From an uncultured virus (IMG/VR IMGVR_UViG_3300020048_000046) (lineage: Duplodnaviria > Heunggongvirae > Uroviricota > Caudoviricetes): DNA of 59,139 bases. A model generated the notes under the pieces. That model was not told the origin of the DNA. It saw only the letters and a program-made list of their open reading frames with translations, and ran no database searches. The stretch lies in the IMG/VR virus record IMGVR_UViG_3300020048_000046. The stretch is one strand, 5' to 3'. This document shows, in pieces, positions 9,897 to 20,057 of the stretch. Each line of letters begins with the position of its first letter. The first letter of the stretch is position 1. Position numbers and translations under genes: made by a program.

Positions 9897-10277
9897 ATGA
9901 TAACAGTAGAAGAACTATTCGAAATGCATAAAAATAAGCAATATAAAGATATTATTCCACATTTACGTGGGTTATCCGAAGATGATCAAAATATTTTTAT
10001 GACTAAAGTATCTGAAAATATAAATAGCAGAATTAATGACGTACAATCACAAATTGATAAGATTTGTGAACCATTATATGAATTATATTTGAGTTGTCCA
10101 TTAGCAACAATAACTACAAATTCTGATTTATATAACAATCAATGGTGTGTTCAGACGGGTATGGCATGTATGCATCCACACCCTCATAGATATTTCACTA
10201 AAGATGAATTTTTAGAAAAAATTGATACTGATGATAATTTTGTAGATTATTTGAATAAGATATATAAAGAAAAATAA
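9897..10277 (+). CDS. hypothetical protein
   Basis: 126-aa ORF. Confidence 0.75.
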   Translation: MITVEELFEMHKNKQYKDIIPHLRGLSEDDQNIFMTKVSENINSRINDVQSQIDKICEPLYELYLSCPLATITTNSDLYNNQWCVQTGMACMHPHPHRYFTKDEFLEKIDTDDNFVDYLNKIYKEK

Positions 10278-10281
10278 TAAT

Positions 10282-10800
10282 ATGACCGAAAGATATTATA
10301 TTGTTTATTTAAATCATACAACAAACAGCTATGGTGAACTAGTCGGAGGTTATTATGTTGGGTATAAAGATAAGTGCTCAGATAAATTTTCAGATATGTA
10401 TATTGAGGCAAAAAGATATAAATCTTTAGTTGTGGCATTTAGTAGATTAAATTTTGACCCAAAAAAAGGTCCTATTAATGATATGTTGAAAAAATTTGAA
10501 ACTAATCATATATTACGGCAAAAAAAATTAAATAGACTTTTTGATATAGATAATTCTAACCTAAATTATGATTCTGTTATACCGTTCAGTCATGGTAGAA
10601 TTGATATTATCGAAATAACTGGTAATAATATCGCATATCTTGGTGAAATTAACAAATTAGAATTATATAATATATTCCTTGGGTATAAAAAAAGACTAGA
10701 TAAGAAATATATAAATATTATGAAATCTAATGATCCGGAATGGGATAAAAATAGAATTAAAATAGAGATTGGTAACATCAATGATGATTTTTGGAATTAA
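10282..10800 (+). CDS. hypothetical protein with an internal RxxKLxRL motif
   Basis: LRQKKLNRLF. Confidence 0.75.
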   Translation: MTERYYIVYLNHTTNSYGELVGGYYVGYKDKCSDKFSDMYIEAKRYKSLVVAFSRLNFDPKKGPINDMLKKFETNHILRQKKLNRLFDIDNSNLNYDSVIPFSHGRIDIIEITGNNIAYLGEINKLELYNIFLGYKKRLDKKYINIMKSNDPEWDKNRIKIEIGNINDDFWN

Positions 10801-10803
10801 TGT

Positions 10804-11181
10804 ATGAAAACTAGAATATTTCTTCATAGAGATGTTTTAATATGTAAAAAAATAGAAATCATAACTATTGATAATGTTGCGTATAAATTATCTGATATTG
10901 AAGCAAAAGATCGTCAATTATTTTATAAATTTATAAAAACTAATGTTGATAAAATAACATATATCAAATATTATCAATATAGTGGGGATACAAATTTTGA
11001 GGCATATTATAAGAAATCACTACAACATAATTTAAAAAATTATGCAAAGTTTTATCCGGATAAAAGAATAATCGAATATTTTATCAATGGTATTAAATTA
11101 AAAAAAGATGATTGGGAAAAACATCCAGAGAGAATAAAATATTTGAGATATGAAAAATTAAAAAGATTGTTAAATGACTGA
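10804..11181 (+). CDS. hypothetical protein with C-terminal basic tag
   Basis: Ends LRYEKLKRLLND. Confidence 0.75.
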   Translation: MKTRIFLHRDVLICKKIEIITIDNVAYKLSDIEAKDRQLFYKFIKTNVDKITYIKYYQYSGDTNFEAYYKKSLQHNLKNYAKFYPDKRIIEYFINGIKLKKDDWEKHPERIKYLRYEKLKRLLND

Positions 11182-11575
11182 AGAAGAATTAAAAAATTGG
11201 TTTTTCGATAAATTTAATTCCTGTTATTATGTAAAGCATAAAGATTATCCGGAAAGCATTTATATGTATTATGATAAGAATTTTGTTAGACAAAAAAAAT
11301 TAGCTAGAGTTTTAGATAATGATATAATATATCCAACTAAGGTTGATGGTATTTGTTTATTTGAACTGGATTATAAATATGAATATTTTTGGTGTGATTA
11401 TACTTATGTGTGGTTATTTTTTGAAAAAAAAAATGTATATAACTATGTGGAAATAAGAAATTTAATTACCTGTTGGTTGGAAAAAGTATCAAAATTAGAG
11501 ATATTTACACCAATGATTGCAAAGTCACGAAATTTAGATTCGTTGGAATTAGAGCTATTTATAATCAAGTCTTAA
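11174..11575 (+). CDS. array-fused family member with a minimal decayed array
   Basis: [21 protein letters not shown]...RQKKLARVL...ICLFE...WLEKVSKLEIFTP. Confidence 0.85.
   Translation: MTEEELKNWFFDKFNSCYYVKHKDYPESIYMYYDKNFVRQKKLARVLDNDIIYPTKVDGICLFELDYKYEYFWCDYTYVWLFFEKKNVYNYVEIRNLITCWLEKVSKLEIFTPMIAKSRNLDSLELELFIIKS
11476..11566 (+). CRISPR. degenerate mini-array (repeat, 30-nt spacer, internally deleted repeat)
   Basis: GTTGGAAAAAGTATCAAAATTAGAGATATTTACACC at 11476-11511; spacer 11512-11541; GTTGGAA-TTAGAGCTATTT from 11542. Confidence 0.6.
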
Positions 11576-11602
11576 ATAATTTTAGGTTTATACTATATTT
11601 AT

Positions 11603-12106
11603 TTGAAAAATATGAATACTGAAAAATATATACACGTTAAAATAAAAAGAGGACACAATTTTAATTGTAATAAATTAAAACATAAACCAATTTTTATAGA
11701 TGATTATGAGAAATTACCATTTAGAGAAAAAATAGAACCTAAGAATTATAGAAACCATTATAAAACGCAATTAGATTTTTGGTCAATTGGAACAGAATAT
11801 TTGAAATCTAAAATTGGAGAATATTGGGGTGATGTGTATAAAGATATGATAAAGAAAACAAAACCAAAATTTCGTTATTTATTAGATGAATATATATCTT
11901 GTGGTAATCCAGTAATACCGACATATTATTGTAATTTTATTCCATATAAATTAAATCGATGGAGTTATGATGGTATTATGATAATAGATGATATATATAT
12001 TAATTTTGATGGTATATTGTCCTATCATAAAACACGAGAAGATGCAATAATGGTGGCAAAACCACTTATTAGGAGAGAAAAATTAAAACGAATTTTAAGC
12101 GATTAA
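11603..12106 (+). CDS. hypothetical protein with C-terminal basic tag
   Basis: Ends IRREKLKRILSD. Confidence 0.75.
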   Translation: MKNMNTEKYIHVKIKRGHNFNCNKLKHKPIFIDDYEKLPFREKIEPKNYRNHYKTQLDFWSIGTEYLKSKIGEYWGDVYKDMIKKTKPKFRYLLDEYISCGNPVIPTYYCNFIPYKLNRWSYDGIMIIDDIYINFDGILSYHKTREDAIMVAKPLIRREKLKRILSD

Positions 12107-12126
12107 TATTTTTTTTTTCATAAATA

Positions 12127-12158
12127 TTTGCATTCTATTATTTTTTGTTGTATATTTG
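12127..12158 (+). promoter_or_regulatory. Bacteroidota-type promoter (-33/-7)
   Basis: TTTG-N20-TATATTTG. Confidence 0.75.
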
Positions 12159-12179
12159 TAGAATAAAACACAATTAAAT

Positions 12180-12683
12180 TTGGAAAAAATGGAAGATTCA
12201 AAAATATTTGATAGAAACGGAAAGGAATTGCATATAGCTGATGTTATAAGTCGTTTGTTTACAGAATTAGAAGATAAGTATCCTAAATATGATAGAATTA
12301 CGATTCAGTCGCTTGATAAAATATATGCCATTGGTCATACTGAAATAGAATACGAATCAGATGATGAAAAAATATTATGCTCTATAAATGATATGAAAAA
12401 AAATATGAAACAATTGAACAAAATAGTAATATCACCAATTATCATTAAAAAATATGAAACAGAATTAGTTGAACATTTTTTCAATGGTGAGAGTATAGGT
12501 TTTCTTAATGATGCCGAGAATTTACATTTAAGATGCGAAATAAAAGAACAAGGAATTATTGGTTATTCTTTGCGTTTTAATGGTATATTTCATAATATTG
12601 ATATTACTGGTTGTATTATTGACTACCCACAAGACCTGTATGATGTGAATCGTAAATTGTTAAATAAATTTTTTAACATATAA
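12180..12683 (+). CDS. hypothetical protein
   Basis: 167-aa ORF; start may be 12189. Confidence 0.7.
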   Translation: MEKMEDSKIFDRNGKELHIADVISRLFTELEDKYPKYDRITIQSLDKIYAIGHTEIEYESDDEKILCSINDMKKNMKQLNKIVISPIIIKKYETELVEHFFNGESIGFLNDAENLHLRCEIKEQGIIGYSLRFNGIFHNIDITGCIIDYPQDLYDVNRKLLNKFFNI

Positions 12684-12688
12684 ACAAG

Positions 12689-13096
12689 ATGAAAAATATA
12701 ACATTATCTGATTTAATAAAATACTCAAACGGTCGTACCGTAGAAGAAGTCCTGAATTATGCTAGAAGTTTTAAAAAGTCGTTTCCAATGGAACAACCAA
12801 TAAAACCAAAATTGTTAGCAGAAACCACAAAGATGGCTAAACAATATGCTATCGATCTAGAAAAATGGGATATCGAATGCGAAAAACAAAGAAGTCAAAT
12901 TAAACAAATCATAGTAGAACATAGAAAAATGCGTGAAAATATATATAAATATATTGATCATGAAACCGGTTTAAGTAAATTACTAATGCCAATTCAATCT
13001 CAAAAAGTGTGGAATAAGGCATTGCAATATCATGATCATGAAAATTATTATGAAATTTATAAAGAAATTGAAGAATTAATCGATATTTTCAACTAA
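12689..13096 (+). CDS. hypothetical protein
   Basis: 135-aa ORF. Confidence 0.75.
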   Translation: MKNITLSDLIKYSNGRTVEEVLNYARSFKKSFPMEQPIKPKLLAETTKMAKQYAIDLEKWDIECEKQRSQIKQIIVEHRKMRENIYKYIDHETGLSKLLMPIQSQKVWNKALQYHDHENYYEIYKEIEELIDIFN

Positions 13097-13110
13097 AAAT
13101 ATAATACAAA

Positions 13111-13281
13111 TTGAAAACTCTTACACAAAGAGTACCAAAAAAATTGGTACAAAAAGCTAACCGAAAAGGTAATCGTTTAGCTGAAATTGAAGATAGTACT
13201 GGATTTAATGCAACACATAAAGTTCATAAATCTCAAAAAGACTACAGTAGAAAAGATAAATCGTGGAAACAAAATTATTAA
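13111..13281 (+). CDS. small basic protein, possibly ArfA-like (56 aa, not in ORF track)
   Basis: TTG start; KANRKGNRLAEIEDSTGFNATHKVHKSQKDYSRKDKSWK. Confidence 0.55.
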   Translation: MKTLTQRVPKKLVQKANRKGNRLAEIEDSTGFNATHKVHKSQKDYSRKDKSWKQNY

Positions 13282-13284
13282 TAC

Positions 13285-13578
13285 ATGAAAAAATATAAAA
13301 TAACATACCATAATGGTATTAGTCAAGTGAAGAATCTAATTAGTCATGATGATTTTTTAAATGATATAAAGCCTACGTATGATCTCATATATGAGTTGGA
13401 AGTAGAAAAGAAGATGAAAGATGTGTTTTATCACAAAAAAAGATTGACTAATACTTATGGTCATGAGTGGTTTACAGATAAAAGCCCACTTTTCTTTGCA
13501 ATCCAATCAGGAATTTTAGAATTGCCAAGTACACAAGGTGGAAAATCTAAATGCATAGTTGAATTTATTTCAGAATAA
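13285..13578 (+). CDS. hypothetical protein
   Basis: 97-aa ORF. Confidence 0.7.
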   Translation: MKKYKITYHNGISQVKNLISHDDFLNDIKPTYDLIYELEVEKKMKDVFYHKKRLTNTYGHEWFTDKSPLFFAIQSGILELPSTQGGKSKCIVEFISE

Positions 13579-13579
13579 A

Positions 13580-14035
13580 TTATATATTTAGGTTAAAGAA
13601 TTTACATAAATCTGATGGAATCCTATATAGTGTATCAACTCCTTTCCGATCATATTTATTGATATTAATATTCTGTTTATATTTATCGTTATATATTATA
13701 TTCGAATCACATCCAACTGCACATAATGTTTCTGCACATATTATTATATATTTGAATTTGTGTTTATTATGAAGTCTTAATTTTCTTCCTAAAAAACTAA
13801 CAGAATCAAATTTGAAATCATCTCGACTGGACCATGGATAATTTCTTTTCATTTCTAATTCGAAATAGAATTTTTTACCATCTTTTTCAGTTATTACATC
13901 ATGATCATAATTCTCTTCGGAATTTATTATTTTATGTTCTTTTATAGTTGTTATATATTTTATAAATATTTCTTTAGCTAATTCGTCATTCTTATCATAT
14001 GATTCTTGACTAAATTTTCCGGCTCCATATCCCAT
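13580..14035 (-). CDS. putative PD-(D/E)XK nuclease-fold protein
   Basis: E...YDHD...FELEMK spacing; lone minus-strand gene in a plus-strand block. Confidence 0.55.
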   Translation of the reverse strand: MGYGAGKFSQESYDKNDELAKEIFIKYITTIKEHKIINSEENYDHDVITEKDGKKFYFELEMKRNYPWSSRDDFKFDSVSFLGRKLRLHNKHKFKYIIICAETLCAVGCDSNIIYNDKYKQNININKYDRKGVDTLYRIPSDLCKFFNLNI

Positions 14036-14115
14036 ATTATAAATTATTTTTTGAGTAATAAATTACTAGATACAAATATATTCAAAAAATATTTTTTAGT
14101 TTGAAAAAAAAGTAT

Positions 14116-14123
14116 TATCTTTG
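14116..14123 (+). promoter_or_regulatory. Bacteroidota-type -7 promoter box
   Basis: TATCTTTG upstream of ORF 14156. Confidence 0.6.
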
Positions 14124-14155
14124 CAAAATAAATCAATTAAAAATTAAAAAAAAAA

Positions 14156-15007
14156 ATGAAAAAATTAATGAGTAGGTCTTGGGCATTGTTTTTTGGAACA
14201 ATGTTATTATTAGTGCTAATTGGTATTAGTATATTTGTTGGAAAGGTTAATTTTCCAGGTGAAACTCCAAAAGGAGATTGGGTTTGGTATCACATATTTG
14301 CTATGTTTACCTCTATGTTTTTTATGGTTGTATGGGTTATTGTTATGTTATATGATCTAATTTCGGAAGGGTATGACGGTGGGTTATTAGTATTATTATA
14401 TGAGGATTTTGAAGAAAAAGAATCAACAAATAGTATAAGTTGCAAATCTTGGAATATTAAGAAAATCTTTTGGTGGGGTATTTTTATTGTTTCATTATTA
14501 TATATTTTAAACGGATTAAGTAATATTTTTGGTGATACTGTAAATTTATACAACACATCTAAAAAATATCAAAATAAATATACACAAAAAGTTGATGAGA
14601 AAAAAGGTTTTTATGATAAACTTTGGAAAACTTATCTACAAAAAGATAAAATCACAAATGTAAATAAAGAAACATTTATCGAGGTTACAAAAATTATTAT
14701 GGAAAATAGACGAGATGGTAAAGATGTAACCTGGAAATGGATTCAAGAAAACCAAAATATACCATATGAAGAATTTACCAAATTCTATACTGATTTGAGT
14801 AATTTTATTACTGAACAACGAGAAGGATATTTCAATATTGAAAAAGAATGTCAACTTATTGCTAATCAGAATAATACATTATTAGATACATTTCCAAACA
14901 ATTTATATAATAAAATTTTAAATTGTCAAAGAATTAAATTCGAATATGGTTTTACTTCTGATTCAACTGAGGTTGTTTTTAAAAGTAAAAAAGAAAACAT
15001 TAAATAA
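14156..15007 (+). CDS. membrane protein with a helical C-terminal domain (weakly LemA-like)
   Basis: Three TM segments; N...TFPNN near the C-terminus. Confidence 0.65.
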   Translation: MKKLMSRSWALFFGTMLLLVLIGISIFVGKVNFPGETPKGDWVWYHIFAMFTSMFFMVVWVIVMLYDLISEGYDGGLLVLLYEDFEEKESTNSISCKSWNIKKIFWWGIFIVSLLYILNGLSNIFGDTVNLYNTSKKYQNKYTQKVDEKKGFYDKLWKTYLQKDKITNVNKETFIEVTKIIMENRRDGKDVTWKWIQENQNIPYEEFTKFYTDLSNFITEQREGYFNIEKECQLIANQNNTLLDTFPNNLYNKILNCQRIKFEYGFTSDSTEVVFKSKKENIK

Positions 15008-15010
15008 ATT

Positions 15011-15044
15011 AATTATGGGGCTTGTGGAAATGGGTCCCATAATT
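15011..15044 (+). terminator. stem-loop after ORF 14156
   Basis: AATTATGGG...CCCATAATT inverted repeat. Confidence 0.45.
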
Positions 15045-15057
15045 CTAAATTAATAAT

Positions 15058-15909
15058 ATGAGTACAAAAGAAAAAGAAAAAAACAGTGTAGCAAGATCAT
15101 CAGTGTTTGTAGCAATATTATTAACAACATTTAAATTTATTGTTGGAATTACTACTGGTAGTTTAGGAATACTATCTGAAGCTCTACATTCTGGATTAGA
15201 TTTAGTTTCTGCTATTATAACATGGGTTTCCGTCAGAATATCTGATAAACCAGCAGATGATGATCATCATTTTGGTCATGGTAAAATTGAAAATTTTTCA
15301 GCTTTTATTCAAACTATATTATTATTGATTACATGTGTTTGGATTATTTATGAAGCAATAAATAGGCTTGTAAGTGGTGAAACTCATATAGATGTTAATG
15401 TATGGAGCTATGTCGTTGTTATTGTGTCTATCATAATCGATTATACTCGTTCTAAAGCATTGAAAAGAGTTGCAAAGAAATATAATAGTCAAGCCTTAGA
15501 AGCTGATGCATTACACTTCTCAACAGATATATGGAGTTCATGTGTAGTGTTATTAGGTCTAATATGTGCTAGTTTCGGTATATTTATTGCGGATTGCATT
15601 GCAGCATTATGTGTAGCAGTTATCATTATTTATGTGTGCTGGAATCTAGGTAAAAAATCAATAAATGTATTACTAGATAAAGTACCGGAAGAATATAAAT
15701 TAATTGAAAGTATTTTAATATCTTGTGAATATAATTATAGTCATTTGAGAGTTAGATCTTCCGGAGCAAATATATTTGTTGAAGTAACTATACATGTTGA
15801 TCCAGAACTTAAAGTTGGTGAATCACATACCGTTACTGTTATTTTAGAAGAAAAAATTAAAGAAATCGTTCCAAGTTGTGATACACATATTCATATAGAA
15901 TCCATTTAA
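15058..15909 (+). CDS. cation diffusion facilitator (FieF-like) transporter
   Basis: SEALHSGLD, KPADDDHHFGHGKIE, ADALHFSTD, C-terminal HIHIE. Confidence 0.92.
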   Translation: MSTKEKEKNSVARSSVFVAILLTTFKFIVGITTGSLGILSEALHSGLDLVSAIITWVSVRISDKPADDDHHFGHGKIENFSAFIQTILLLITCVWIIYEAINRLVSGETHIDVNVWSYVVVIVSIIIDYTRSKALKRVAKKYNSQALEADALHFSTDIWSSCVVLLGLICASFGIFIADCIAALCVAVIIIYVCWNLGKKSINVLLDKVPEEYKLIESILISCEYNYSHLRVRSSGANIFVEVTIHVDPELKVGESHTVTVILEEKIKEIVPSCDTHIHIESI

Positions 15910-15911
15910 TT

Positions 15912-16199
15912 ATGAAAGATATGCTAGATAAATTAAAAAAAAATATGACGGATCTTGAAATAATGTTAGAATTATCAAAAAAAGGATATTCTATGACGGA
16001 TATTTCTCAAGAACTTTTAAAAAAGAAAATGGAAGATGGGTTAATAGCAAATTTTAATAATGCATCAACATCTCAATTAAATACACTAAAAAGTAATCGA
16101 TACTTTACATATTATGATCAAAAAGAAGTTAATTTGATTATTGATACAGAATTAAAAAGAAAACTAAGAGAGAAAAAATTAAAAAGAATTATCGAATGA
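15912..16199 (+). CDS. hypothetical protein with C-terminal basic tag
   Basis: Ends LREKKLKRIIE. Confidence 0.75.
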   Translation: MKDMLDKLKKNMTDLEIMLELSKKGYSMTDISQELLKKKMEDGLIANFNNASTSQLNTLKSNRYFTYYDQKEVNLIIDTELKRKLREKKLKRIIE

Positions 16200-16651
16200 A
16201 AACCGAACAAATAATTAATTTATTTGAATTCACCAGTATTTTCCTTTCTGGGGATTTGGATATATTAAAACAATCACCAGATTATATTCTTGAAAAATAT
16301 GATAAAATTATTGGTGCAGATATAAAAATAAATCAAGACGTGTCAATATTATATTTAGATTGGAAAAAAACATGGGGAGAGAATGAAAAAGTAAAAAGTA
16401 TATTCTTATTTTTGGAATATATCGTTATATGTGATTTTGCTAATAAAAGTCAAAATAATCATTGGCTAACCCACATTACAATAGAACAATTCAAATCAGT
16501 ATTTAAAAAATATATTGGCGATATTAATTATATTAATGATCATGAACATATGTATAATAGTTTACATTTTATTTTGAAAGATAATTTAACTAGTGTATTT
16601 ATTAAAAGAAATCAAAGATATTTTAAATTATTAAGAGTACTATCCGAATAA
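16196..16651 (+). CDS. hypothetical protein with a variant C-terminal tag
   Basis: Ends QRYFKLLRVLSE. Confidence 0.75.
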   Translation: MKTEQIINLFEFTSIFLSGDLDILKQSPDYILEKYDKIIGADIKINQDVSILYLDWKKTWGENEKVKSIFLFLEYIVICDFANKSQNNHWLTHITIEQFKSVFKKYIGDINYINDHEHMYNSLHFILKDNLTSVFIKRNQRYFKLLRVLSE

Positions 16652-16665
16652 AATATAAAAAAAAC

Positions 16666-16962
16666 ATGAGAGTAAAATCATACATAGAATTTAAAGGTGA
16701 GTTTAAATTAACTTATATTGGTAGAATAGGTAAAAAAGGAATTTTCAATTTTAGAAACAATCAATTAAAAAAGGCTTGCTTAAATAAATTAAAAGTTACT
16801 TTTCATTATGATTGTCCTGGTGGAAGTTTAACAATACCTGATATTAATCGATATCCAATATGTGAAATAGTTAAACAAGATAAATATGTTGTGTGTTATG
16901 AAAGTGTAATACCTGAAAAGAAAAATTCAAAACATATAGTAACATACTTGAAAAATAATTGA
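16666..16962 (+). CDS. hypothetical protein
   Basis: 98-aa ORF. Confidence 0.7.
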   Translation: MRVKSYIEFKGEFKLTYIGRIGKKGIFNFRNNQLKKACLNKLKVTFHYDCPGGSLTIPDINRYPICEIVKQDKYVVCYESVIPEKKNSKHIVTYLKNN

Positions 16963-17048
16963 TGGTAATCATAAATTAATAGCTTTTTATATTTCAAAAT
17001 TAAGAAAAGTAAAAACAATAAATATAAACCAATAAATAAAAATATATC

Positions 17049-17711
17049 ATGGTCGCAGAAAAAAAATATTCACCAATAATTACAGAAATTCATAATTTGT
17101 TTAATACCGCTAGTGAAAATTTATTAAACGAAGCTGAAGTTATTTTAAAAGAATATGAATTAGCTGAAAGTGAAAAAACAAAAAAATTAATAGATGCTGG
17201 ATTTATTCAAGCAAAGCAAACAAAAAGACATAAAGAATATATTGAAAGTCAAGTAAAAACAGCTAAGGTATATTTGCAAAAATATCCATTATATAAATAT
17301 ATTAGAAATGAGGATGTGCTTGAAATTTGTTCTAAATATAATCTTGTTATTGCTGAACTTTCGGACTATAAAGGATTTGTCCCAGATTCAAATCTTGATG
17401 AAATTTTAAATTTTAAAATCAAAAACGAGGATAAAATTGAAATAGATCAATTAGATGCTTATCTTTTTTGTTCTTTTCATAAAGATGAAGAATATGTATA
17501 TAAAGAACCCGAAAAAGAATATAGAAAAATGATTATTTGTGCACCGGCAAAAGATATTGACATTAATAGTAAAACTTTTGAATCCAATAAATTATTATCA
17601 AGAATTCAAGACCCGGTTGTTTTAATGCCGGTAAATGGTGGTTTTTTGATTGTTACTGCGTGGGGAGATGAATCATGTGATCCATTAATATTTAATGGCG
17701 TGAAAAATTAA
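17049..17711 (+). CDS. hypothetical phage protein
   Basis: 220-aa ORF ending DPVVLMPVNGGFLIVTAWGDE. Confidence 0.75.
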   Translation: MVAEKKYSPIITEIHNLFNTASENLLNEAEVILKEYELAESEKTKKLIDAGFIQAKQTKRHKEYIESQVKTAKVYLQKYPLYKYIRNEDVLEICSKYNLVIAELSDYKGFVPDSNLDEILNFKIKNEDKIEIDQLDAYLFCSFHKDEEYVYKEPEKEYRKMIICAPAKDIDINSKTFESNKLLSRIQDPVVLMPVNGGFLIVTAWGDESCDPLIFNGVKN

Positions 17712-17732
17712 TATGTTAATATATGTTAAATG

Positions 17733-17764
17733 TTTGCATACATCAATAAAATATTGTATCTTTG
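17733..17764 (+). promoter_or_regulatory. Bacteroidota-type promoter (-33/-7)
   Basis: TTTG-N20-TATCTTTG. Confidence 0.7.
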
Positions 17765-18060
17765 TGATATAATAAAAAATATGAAAAAGAGTTATCGGTT
17801 TGAAAGATTAAATTGTACAACAAACAAGTGGGAATTTGTTAGATATATTCAAAATAAGAATATGGATTGTTGTAGTACGCACGAAAGAGTTATTGTTGTT
17901 TAATGTTGATTTGTGTTTTTTGTTTAGAGAATTGTTCTTTATTGAACAATTCTCTTTTTTTGGCTTATAAAATATAATATATATAATTATAAAATATCTG
18001 AACATTAGATAGTTATGTGTAAAAAATAAAATAAAAATATCAAAATGGTAAAAAAATTAA

Positions 18061-18107
18061 NNNNNNNNNNNNNNNNNNNNNNNNNNNNNNNNNNNNNNNN
18101 NNNNNNN
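18061..18107. other. assembly gap
   Basis: Run of N. Confidence 1.
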
Positions 18108-18112
18108 TATAA

Positions 18113-19687
18113 AAAAAAATAGTATTAATAATAACATTCGTAATAATGTGCTTTAGTGCATTTAGTCAAACTCATAAAATTCCTAAAACATCAAATAATA
18201 CTTGGACAATTTGTTCTGGTATCTTGTATGATCATGCTGGAACAGGTGATTATGGTAATAATGCAAATGGATATACTGTTATTTATCCTTCAACATCTGG
18301 GAATTCGGTGCAATTAACAGGCACTTATAATACAGAAATAAATTGGGATTACGTATATATTTATAATGGTATTGGTACAAGTGGAACACTTTTAGGTCAA
18401 TATTCAGGAGTTGGAACTATTCCTACTTTTACGTCAACTGACTTAAGTGGAGCAATTACAGTTCGTTTTACTTCTGATGGGACTATATCTTCATCAGGAT
18501 TTATATTAAATATAAATTGTATTCCACCTTGTACAGGAACTCCTAATGCAGGAAATTCTATAATTTCCGATTCTATTGGTTGCGCAAATTCGAGTTTTGA
18601 TATGTCGGTTATAAATTATACAGGAGGACATGGAATATCATATCAATGGGAATCATCATTAAATGGAACATATTGGAGTTATATGATTGGTGATACAAAT
18701 ATTAATTTGACGACATCAACTGATGTGTTAAAATATTTTAGATTAAAAACAACCTGTAACAATAGTGGGTTATCTAGTTACTCAAATGTTGTATCATTCA
18801 CGCCTGAATTATGTGTATCAACGACAGATACTGCAATATGTGTTGGAACTATTTATGACTCTGGAGGAAGTAATTCTGGATATCAAGATTATGAAGATTA
18901 TACAACAGTAATATATCCAAATACATCAACTGGAAAAGTTAGATTAACTGGAACATGCAACATTGAGGATACTTATGATTTTATATACATATATAATGGT
19001 ATAGGAACATCTACACTATTAAAAACTTATACAGGAAATAAAACTATAGACCCTATAACATCAACAGATATATCAGGCGCATTAACAGTAAAATTTATAT
19101 CAGATTATATTATCAGTGGTTTAGATGGATATACAGGATTTGCTTTTAAAATAGAATGTATCGAACCTGTCAATCTTCCGGTCGAACTTTTATCATTCGA
19201 TGTATCTTGTGAACATCAAGATGCTTTATTAAAATGGTCTACTGCTACTGAAGTAAATAATAGTCATTTCTTATTACAGAGAAGTAATGATGCTGTTAAT
19301 TTTGAAACATTTGCAACTGTAAAAGGATCAGGAAATAGCAATCAAGTGTTAAATTACAGTTATATAGATGATAATACACATGCTTATTATAGACTAGTTC
19401 AAGTTGATTATGACAATACTGAAACTATATTTGATATTGTTGCAGCAAATTGTGATAATATAATGATTAGTATTCAACCTAATCCATTTTCTGATAAGAC
19501 TACATTAAGTGTTTCATCAGACTTAATTGGAACTGATCTATATATTTATGAAGTAACAGGAATTTTAATAGAAAAGAAAACAATTAAAGAAAATAAGACT
19601 ATAATAGAAATTGAAATACCAGGAGTTTATATTATCAGTTTTAAAGTAGGAGATAAAATATTAACCAAGAAAATTGTAAAAATATAA
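18113..19687 (+). CDS. secreted protein with two CUB-like domains and a T9SS C-terminal sorting domain
   Basis: Signal peptide KKIVLIITFVIMCFSAFS-Q (start codon obscured at the gap edge); two YD(H/S)...DY/FxYIYNG...RF/KFxSD...GF units; LPVELLSF...W.TATE.N; IQPNPF...GVYII...KKIVK. Confidence 0.85.
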   Translation, partial: KKIVLIITFVIMCFSAFSQTHKIPKTSNNTWTICSGILYDHAGTGDYGNNANGYTVIYPSTSGNSVQLTGTYNTEINWDYVYIYNGIGTSGTLLGQYSGVGTIPTFTSTDLSGAITVRFTSDGTISSSGFILNINCIPPCTGTPNAGNSIISDSIGCANSSFDMSVINYTGGHGISYQWESSLNGTYWSYMIGDTNINLTTSTDVLKYFRLKTTCNNSGLSSYSNVVSFTPELCVSTTDTAICVGTIYDSGGSNSGYQDYEDYTTVIYPNTSTGKVRLTGTCNIEDTYDFIYIYNGIGTSTLLKTYTGNKTIDPITSTDISGALTVKFISDYIISGLDGYTGFAFKIECIEPVNLPVELLSFDVSCEHQDALLKWSTATEVNNSHFLLQRSNDAVNFETFATVKGSGNSNQVLNYSYIDDNTHAYYRLVQVDYDNTETIFDIVAANCDNIMISIQPNPFSDKTTLSVSSDLIGTDLYIYEVTGILIEKKTIKENKTIIEIEIPGVYIISFKVGDKILTKKIVKI

Positions 19688-19718
19688 AAAACATTGCTTA
19701 TATTTAAAAAATATGTTG

Positions 19719-19726
19719 TACCTTTG
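19719..19726 (+). promoter_or_regulatory. Bacteroidota-type -7 promoter box
   Basis: TACCTTTG upstream of ORF 19742. Confidence 0.6.
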
Positions 19727-19741
19727 TAAAAATAATATAAA

Positions 19742-20056
19742 ATGAAAAAAGAAGGATTATGCTTCCGATGCGAATGGAGAGCAAAATATTTGGAAGAAGA
19801 TAGTGCACCAAGATATGAATGTAGTGAAATTGATAGAGCAATTTGCTCATGCTATATGTATAAACCAGTAATGCCGGTAGTATTAAAAACAAATAGTAAT
19901 GATAAAAGACCCCAAATAGGTACTGTCGGTAATCTGTTTTCTGGTAGAAGCAGTTTTATCAAATTAATAGACCCAAAATATAAAATGATAGCGAATGATG
20001 ATGGGACCTATATTATTTATGTTGTTCCAAAAATTCCAAGAAAAAAGAAAAAATAA
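19742..20056 (+). CDS. Cys-rich hypothetical protein
   Basis: CFRC...C...CSC. Confidence 0.75.
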   Translation: MKKEGLCFRCEWRAKYLEEDSAPRYECSEIDRAICSCYMYKPVMPVVLKTNSNDKRPQIGTVGNLFSGRSSFIKLIDPKYKMIANDDGTYIIYVVPKIPRKKKK

Positions 20057-20057
20057 T

